Positions 57,921-64,000 of a DNA stretch of 64,000 nucleotides are shown one piece after another (the stretch's first letter is position 1; each line of letters opens with the position of its first letter). The stretch is from Hyaloraphidium curvatum SAG 235-1 (lineage: Eukaryota > Fungi > Monoblepharomycota): NCBI GenBank assembly GCA_025558095.1, contig JAIVFI010000043.1, positions 248,001-312,000 of the forward strand, read 5' to 3'. The notes beneath the pieces were generated by a model. The model searched no databases, was not told the DNA's origin, and saw nothing but the letters and a program-made list of their open reading frames with translations. The position numbers and the translations under genes are program-made.

Positions 57921-58574
57921 ATGCCAGCACTCGGAACCGACTCAAACGTGTCCGCGCGCCCCCCGCCGCGGCTCCTAGTACGGGTGCTTCCCTGCACCTT
58001 TTGGTTTGCGGTCCCCATCGGGCCGGGGTCGCGGGTTCGCGACCTCGTCGACCTGCATGGCGCCGTCGCCGACGCTTTGGATCTGCGCGGGCGCTCGCGC
58101 TCGTGTCTCGAGCTGCGTTTCTGCGCCGGCGCGGGAGCCAAGCCGGCGGAGGAAGACGTGCAGATGAAGTCGGCCTCTGGGCCCCCGCTTCCCTGCCTGA
58201 GCAGACCGGTGCCGAACGATGCGACCCTTGTTGACGGCGCACACGTAGTCGGCACCCTAAACTACAACAACTGCCCCTTCTTTTGGTCTGTGGACACGTT
58301 CTCGGTTGCGGGCTGGCGAAAGCTCCTCTTCGGCGAGTCGCTGGACCCGCCGCCGGGTCTTGCAATCGAGTATGCCGCCGATACTGAGCTGCAGCAGCCA
58401 CTGCAGCGCTTTGCCGGCACGGGCAACGACAACGACGGCGAGGACTCGGAGTCGCTGCTATTTGGCGGGAAACCGGCGGGCGTCGTGCGAGGCGCTTCCG
58501 CGCTTACCCTGCGAGGGTCGCTGACGAACTTCCCATGGGCGCCATTCGTAAACGGAAAGGTGAAGCCAGAGTAG
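57921..58574 (+). CDS. Hypothetical protein
   Basis: 217-codon ORF with a globular-looking composition, divergent from the 57781 gene. No family recognised. Confidence 0.4.
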   Translation: MPALGTDSNVSARPPPRLLVRVLPCTFWFAVPIGPGSRVRDLVDLHGAVADALDLRGRSRSCLELRFCAGAGAKPAEEDVQMKSASGPPLPCLSRPVPNDATLVDGAHVVGTLNYNNCPFFWSVDTFSVAGWRKLLFGESLDPPPGLAIEYAADTELQQPLQRFAGTGNDNDGEDSESLLFGGKPAGVVRGASALTLRGSLTNFPWAPFVNGKVKPE

Positions 58575-58617
58575 AGGGGTTTTGGAGCACTTCTCCCCCC
58601 GCCCCCCTCCTTCTTCC

Positions 58618-59214
58618 GCCCTGCCCAACCCCAACCCGGCCCCTGCCAACCGCGCGGCTGCCGTCTGAAATTTCTACGACCCACGCATCAACCCCGCTGC
58701 CGCAAAGCTCTATTCCGAGTTCAGCACCTCCCCGCGGCACCCGTCGCCAAGCCGAAACTGCTCGACTGCTACCTTGTCGCCTTCCCCAAGCTCCTCTACA
58801 TGCTCCGCTGGGCGGAGCGGCAGCCAAACGGGCCTCTGCTCTACAGCGTGTACCATTCCAGTACGCCTATGGTGACCCGTGGGATCAGCAGAGGAAGGAC
58901 AGACTGCGCACGGCGTTCCGCCACGCTTGGACTTGACTGAAGCAGGGCAACATCAACGCAGCCAACTTCAGGTGGACTAGCAACGACGCAGTCGGCGGGA
59001 ACCTCGTCGGGCCCGAGCCCGGCAGCAATCCTGTAGGCACAATCTAGGACGCCGAACGCGCCTTCTCGTTTTGGCTCGCCCATGCCGCGCATGCGCTCGC
59101 CCTGGAGATCGGCGGCTTCCTCGCCTGGACCCTCCGCGCGATGAGCAACGTCTCGATCGCGCGGGCGCTGGTTGGAGCGCTTTGGTTTTCACTGATCAGG
59201 ACGGCTCCAACCTC
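58618..59214 (+). pseudogene. Decayed 5'/middle fragment paralogous to the transglutaminase-like gene at 59868
   Basis: LPNPNP..RAAAV*NFYDPRINPAAAKLY matches 59922-60018 and MSNVSIARAL..DGSNL matches 60137-60210. Stops at 58666, 58934 and 59045, plus frameshifts. Confidence 0.85.
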
Positions 59215-59217
59215 GGA

Positions 59218-59460
59218 CTCGTCATCGCCGCGTACGACCTTTTCATCATCGCGCTATACTTCCCGCTTGAGGCCGTGTGGCGGAAGAACAACCCGGCCGA
59301 AGCCGCGGCCGAAGCGGCGTCAAAGAGGGGGGAGGTGGTCGTGGACGAGATGGCGGCCAAAGAGATCGGGGACAAGGACGCGGGGTCCGAGGATGCGGCG
59401 GTGGTCGCGGAGCAGGTGCAGCCTCCACCGGCGTCGGCGAGGTCGTTGGATGCTGTGTAG
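59218..59460 (+). pseudogene. Duplicated 3' end of the PQ-loop gene (copy of 56759-57001)
   Basis: Colinear, ungapped copy (LVIAAYDLFIIALYFPLEAVWRKNNPAEAAAE..LDAV*) fused directly to the transglutaminase-like fragment. Confidence 0.92.
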
Positions 59461-59757
59461 CTGGCACTGGGCTGGCCGGCTTGGAAGCACCGTTGTGGCC
59501 TTCAGTTGAGCGGATGTAGGCTCTTGGACCCGTGGAACTGCTGTTTGTGGGCGACAATTGTGAGGCGGATTGCCAAGTACAATTGAACTTGACTTCACTT
59601 CACCTCCAGCTTCCCGCAGACTGGTCCATCGCATCTCCTCTAAGGAGATCAGAGCTGCACTTGCACAACTGACACGGCTTCAGCTCTTTCAGCTTGTTTG
59701 GCGCTCTAACGGTTGCACTGGTGGTCGGCGGGAAGGCGGACGCGGACGACATAGCAG

Positions 59758-59826
59758 GCGGGAGATCTTCGTGGGCGGGTCCTGATGGGGATCTCCCGCG
59801 CGCGGGATCTCCCGCTGGCCTATAAA
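59758..59826 (+). promoter_or_regulatory. Putative promoter: three GATCTCCCGC boxes (one inverted) followed by TATAAA
   Basis: GCGGGAGATC at 59758-59767, GATCTCCCGC at 59790-59799 and 59806-59815, TATAAA at 59821-59826, ATG at 59868. Confidence 0.55.
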
Positions 59827-59867
59827 CAGCACCCACCCAGCACGGCGCAACCCGAAACACGATCACG

Positions 59868-61135
59868 ATGAAGGCATTTGTACTCGCATTTTTCTGCGCC
59901 TGCTTCTGCGGCGCCGTTGCGCTACCCAACCCCAACCCTGCCTCCCGCGCGGCCGCCGTCCGGAAACTCTACGACCCGCGCATCAACCCCGCAGCCGCAA
60001 AGCTCTATTTAGAGTTCAGAAACCCGCGGCTGACTTTTCCCGACCCGACGAAACGGCGACTTTCGCGGCGGCCGATATCCACGACGAGACCGGCCTGGTA
60101 CCGTGCTCTTCCGACGCCGACCGCCATATCCGCTCGATGAGCGATCTCTCCATCGCGCGGGTGCTGGATGGGGCGCTCTGGCTTCACCCAGTTACGGACG
60201 GCTCCAACCTAGCAGGACACCAGGCTTACTACGACGCCGGGACGCCCGCGCATCCAGCGTTCATGTGGCGATTCTTTATCAACCACGGCGTGGTAGCTTC
60301 CGCCGCCATCGGGCCTGGTGGGCCGAAGCAGGCGATGAGGAGGGCGATCGCAGCGGTGCTCGACTTTGCCCGCTGGCGGTTTTACCATTTCCTCGGGGAT
60401 TTCAGCTGGTCCAACGCGGCAGCGTACTGGGGCCCCCGCGTTCCCGCCGTGTCGCAGCTGATCGCGGGGACCGTCGCAAATTCTCCCACTGTCCCCGCCG
60501 AGCTCCGCAACATCACCATGAGCTGGACGGCGGGCTGCTATGGAACCACCGCCTTCCTCATGCACGTGCTCCGCGCGCTCAACATCCCGGCCGAGGTCAT
60601 GTCGCAGCAGAACATGTGCGGGCATACCTCGATCCGGTTCCCGGAACTCGACGCCTACCTCTCGCACGGCGACGACCCGTACGCATCCACCTGGGGATTC
60701 GGCCCGTACGTGCCGCCGGCCGAGATGCTGCTCCTGGACGGGCAGACGTACCGGACCTGGTTCAAGCCCAACCAGACCGGCTTTGAAGCGTGCCGCAACG
60801 TCGGGCGCAGGCCGATCGACATGAAGGTCTCGGCGGGGTTCGTTTCCGCGACCACCTTCGGGAAGTACTGCATCGACGTAAAGGACGGGCTCACCAACGC
60901 CTCCTCGGTTGAAGCCCTGCAAAACTCTACGGTGGCCGGGAACTGGCTCTACCTGGCGCAGCTGCATCCGAAGGTGGTGACCAAACCCGTGTACGACGTG
61001 GCGTACCTCAAAGCCAACGGGCTTTGGGACCGGTTGGAGGCGTACAGGATCGAGTTTGGGTGCAACGCCGCGCCGACGTGCTGGAAGACGGGGTGCCAGG
61101 GGTACGATAAGCCGTGCGCATACTGTGTCGACTGA
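59868..61135 (+). CDS. Secreted transglutaminase-like (Cys-His-Asp) protein, split into two frames near 60137 (probable internal deletion)
   Basis: Signal peptide MKAFVLAFFCACFCGAVA in ORF 59868-60140. ORF 60137-61135 has GCYGTTAFL..VLRALNIPA..CGHT..YLSHGDDPY, a transglutaminase-like core. Confidence 0.6.
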
Positions 61136-61431
61136 AGTCAAGTTGCAATGAAATCGATCGGTGTAACGAAACGGTGCTGTGTTTGCTGGGTCCGCTGAAC
61201 AGCCCAGGACGCACTAGCCGATCCTCGCAGATCCTCTATCTGGCGAAGCAGAACAACAACACGCATGTGCTCCGTGCCCGTTCCTCCCAGCCCTTGCCAT
61301 GCGGCTCTTCCTTCCCATGCTCGAGCAAGCTCAAGTGAACAAGCAGGCTTTGGAAAAGTCCGGCGCGTCGTCTCGAGGAATCTTGCCAACGTTCGACGAA
61401 AACGAGCGCGACGGGATCTCCCCATCCAAGA

Positions 61432-62652
61432 TCAGCCCTTGTCGGCACTGGCGCCGCTGGCATTCCGCTTCGCCTCGTCCGTCTTGGCCTTGACATAGAC
61501 CAGCCCCGCAAAGAAGCCTGGGAAGAAGCGGTTCAGCGAACAGCGTCCGCCGAAGGCAAGGAGAAAAACACACCCAGCATGACGCTCGTCACCCCCGTCG
61601 TCGTCACCGGCTCCCCGAACGCCACCATCCCCAGGATCGAGATTGGCAGCTTGTTCAGCGCCCCCGCCATGCTCGTCACGGCGCTCGAGTTGACGCGCAC
61701 GCTCCAGCTCGTGCAGTACGAGATGCCGAAGCACGAGATGGCCGAGACGGTGACGGCCCAGGCCACGGAGCGGGCGTTGAAGACCTCAGGGGAGAGGTCG
61801 CAGAAGGTCAGGGTGGCCCACTGCTCGCGCTCGAGGACGAGGGAGCACAGGAAGAGCAGGGGCACGGCGAGCATGTTGTTGTACAGGACGACGTCGGCGT
61901 CCTTGAGCTTCATGAACTGGCGTTCGAGGATCAGCGGGGGTGCCGACACTGGAGGCGAGGATCACACCTTGAGCGTAGCCCTCATGCTCACGGAGTAGCT
62001 CGCGCTGGTCGCGATGTTCACGGCCATCCAAAAGTAGCCCTCGAGCTTGTGCGCCTCGGCACCCTCCCGCAGGCCGCCCGTCCGCGAGAGGTCGCCCCAG
62101 CCGGCGACGAGGGAGCTCGTCACGATCATGCTGAATGCGACCATGGCCAGCGGCGTGACGGGGGACCCGTTCAGGAACGCGCGCTCGCTGTACGCGATCG
62201 CAATCGTGTTCCCGTTTTTAAGGACGGTGTAGAGGGGGATGGAGAGCACGGCGAGCGCCTTCATGGACGAGTAAATCATCCCCACGAGGCAGAGCGCCAC
62301 CGGCATCCCTGCGGAGGCGTGAGCGCCGCTCAGCGCCCGGTTCTGGCGAATTGCACAAACACGGCCCAGACCCACATTGCCGCGCCTCGGCGGGCCGGAA
62401 CGGTCTGTGCGACGCGAGCCCGAGCGCGCAGAACACCTCCAGGAGCACCAGCACCGTCCCGTGCTGGATGGCCAGCAGCAGAAAGTTCGCGGTGAAGTGG
62501 TATTTGCTCAGCACGAACTTGTTTGCCAGCAGCATGAGCGTCGACGAGGCGCAGAAGGCGAGCACGGCGGTCGCCCGGTGCACGCGGCTGAAGGCGGGCG
62601 GCGCGCCCTCCGCCCGCGGCGTCACCTCGCCCGCCTCGAGCTGCTTCGCCAT
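61432..62652 (-). CDS. VRG4: Golgi GDP-mannose transporter (Vrg4-like); 3 introns
   Basis: NKFVLS, MIYSSMKAL..LSIPLYTVLKN, YNNML, and SMAGALNK (the GALNK motif is diagnostic of GDP-mannose transporters). Confidence 0.9.
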
Positions 62653-62851
62653 TGCGCCGCCTCCGTTGGCGCGGCCGGCCGGCCGGAACACCGTCGCGCG
62701 GAGTCAGGGCCGCCCTGACTCCAGACTGTTTTTCGGGCTGAGGACTCGGAGCCTGACTCGGAGCACGATCGACCTCGGTGCGCGACTCCACGCGCACACC
62801 CGCTTCGCAGCACTCGGCACACGTCCATCCGCGGCCCCGTACGCCCGAAGC

Positions 62852-63516
62852 ATGAGCAAACGCGCCGAAGACGATTCCGCTGCCGACCCTGCCCCGGAGG
62901 AGAGCGGGCCGCCAGAGAAAAAGGCCAAGACGGACGACGCGTCGGACGCGTCTCCCGCTGCGGAGGCCGCGAAGGAGGCGCCCGCGGCCGAAGCGGCTGG
63001 TCACGCGACATCTTCGAGGTGAGCAGCGCTCGAGCTGGGTCCGGATTCGCCGACTGGAGCTCACTGCGCGGCCGTGCCCGAGAAGCCTCTTCGACCACAT
63101 CTCGCTCCCCGTCACGGACTTCGAAAAATCGAAGGCGTTCTACCTGGCGGCGCTGAAACCACTCGGAGTCGAGAGCATCATGGAATTCGGAAAGAGCGTC
63201 GGCATGGGAAAGGTTCGGGGCCCTCAATCGCTGGATCCAGCCTGCTGATGGGCGTTCCTAGAACGGCGAACCGTCCTTCTGGATCGACGGCACGACGGGC
63301 GCGGACGTCACGACCCCCAAAGGCCAGCACCTCGCCTTCAGCGCGCCGACCAGGAAGCTCGTCGACGAGTGGTACGAGGCCGCGATCGCCGCCGGCGGGA
63401 CCGACAACGGCAAGCCGGGGCTCCGCAAGGATTACAGCCCGACGTACTACGGCGCCTTCGTGCTCGACCCGGATGGGCACCGCATCGAGGCCGTGTGCCA
63501 CGCGGCCGAGGAGTGA
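62852..63516 (+). CDS. Glyoxalase/bleomycin-resistance (VOC) family protein with an N-terminal low-complexity extension; 2 introns
   Basis: FDHISLPVTDFEKSKAFY..ALKPLG, HLAFSA, and AGGTDNGKPGLR..Y.PTYYGAFVLDPDGHRIEAVC. Confidence 0.92.
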
Positions 63517-63800
63517 GGCTGGGCACGAAGAGATCGATATCCTTGACGACGCGACCGGTGGCCCTCTCGCCGTGATCCATCTACTGGCTTGTCTTCAGGT
63601 GACGATTTTGTACTGGAAATGAACATTCTTGGCTTGCCTCCCTTTTGAAAGCTTGGCCGTGGAAGACGTTGACGGTGCCGCGCGCGAGATTCCGCTCGGA
63701 CTTAACAAAGCGACTTCCGCCACCGCCCCTCACACCTCCGCAGCCCCGGCGGCCCGCTCCTAGAGGCCTCTGCGCTCTTCCCCCGAACCCCTGCAAAGCC

Positions 63801-64000
63801 ATGAGCGGGCTCAAGCTTCTCGTTCCCGTGAAGCGGGTCATCGACTACGCGGTGAAGATCCGGGTGCTGCCCAACAAGAAGGGCGTCGAGACGAGTGGGT
63901 CCGCCCCGCCGGCGCCGCATCGCGCTTCTAAACGGCACTTTGTCGTTGCCGCGCCCGTTTCCGGTGCCCTGGTGCCGCCGCTGCGGGGACAGACAACGTG
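63801..64000 (+). CDS. ETFB: Electron transfer flavoprotein beta subunit, 5' part (continues beyond the window)
   Basis: MSGLKLLVPVKRVIDYAVKIRV..KKGVET|NNV is the conserved ETF-beta N-terminus. Confidence 0.93.
   Translation, partial: MSGLKLLVPVKRVIDYAVKIRVLPNKKGVETSGSAPPAPHRASKRHFVVAAPVSGALVPPLRGQTT

Noticed and set aside
58660-59050. In-frame TGA codons as possible selenocysteine or readthrough (some early-diverging fungi use Sec)
   Set aside because: The paralog has CGG (Arg) at the first TGA, the region also has a TAG and frameshifts, and I saw no redox motif or SECIS. It is ordinary pseudogene decay.

Overview
GC-rich, gene-dense eukaryotic genomic DNA with many short (about 50-100 nt) spliceosomal introns. 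The gene content (Zn2Cys6 factor, P3A H+-ATPase, Vrg4-type GDP-mannose transporter, ABCA transporter) points to an early-diverging fungus; a Monoblepharidomycete such as Hyaloraphidium is my inference, not something the sequence proves. I reconstructed about 30 genes by hand-splicing the ORF fragments: Scc2/NIPBL (3' part), ARMC8/Vid28, an SDR, NAT10/Kre33, a large unknown protein, a bacterial-type M16B peptidase, a GFA/CENP-V protein, an ABCA half transporter, a TMEM14-like protein, FUN14, a family III CoA-transferase, PMA1-like ATPase, intronless beta-lactamase-fold and SagB-type nitroreductase genes, a TBC1D8/9-like RabGAP, GT61-like, PI-PLC-like, ankyrin, Zn2Cys6, CRAL-TRIO, PQ-loop, transglutaminase-like, GDP-mannose transporter, VOC/glyoxalase and ETF-beta (5' part). 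Main findings: (i) unusual splicing, with a probable GA-AG intron, several GC-AG introns, a 4-nt micro-exon and GTGGGT-dominated donors; (ii) a fused bacterial-type M16B protease ending in a peroxisomal PTS1 (AKL); (iii) a lower-GC island at 48.7-49.9 kb with iterated repeats around a frameshifted Tudor-like orphan; (iv) a decayed tandem duplication of a PQ-loop/transglutaminase unit; (v) a recurring C-rich to G-rich sense-strand gradient along long exons. I saw no rRNA, tRNA, CRISPR array or transposase. All family calls come from motif recognition, not database searches.
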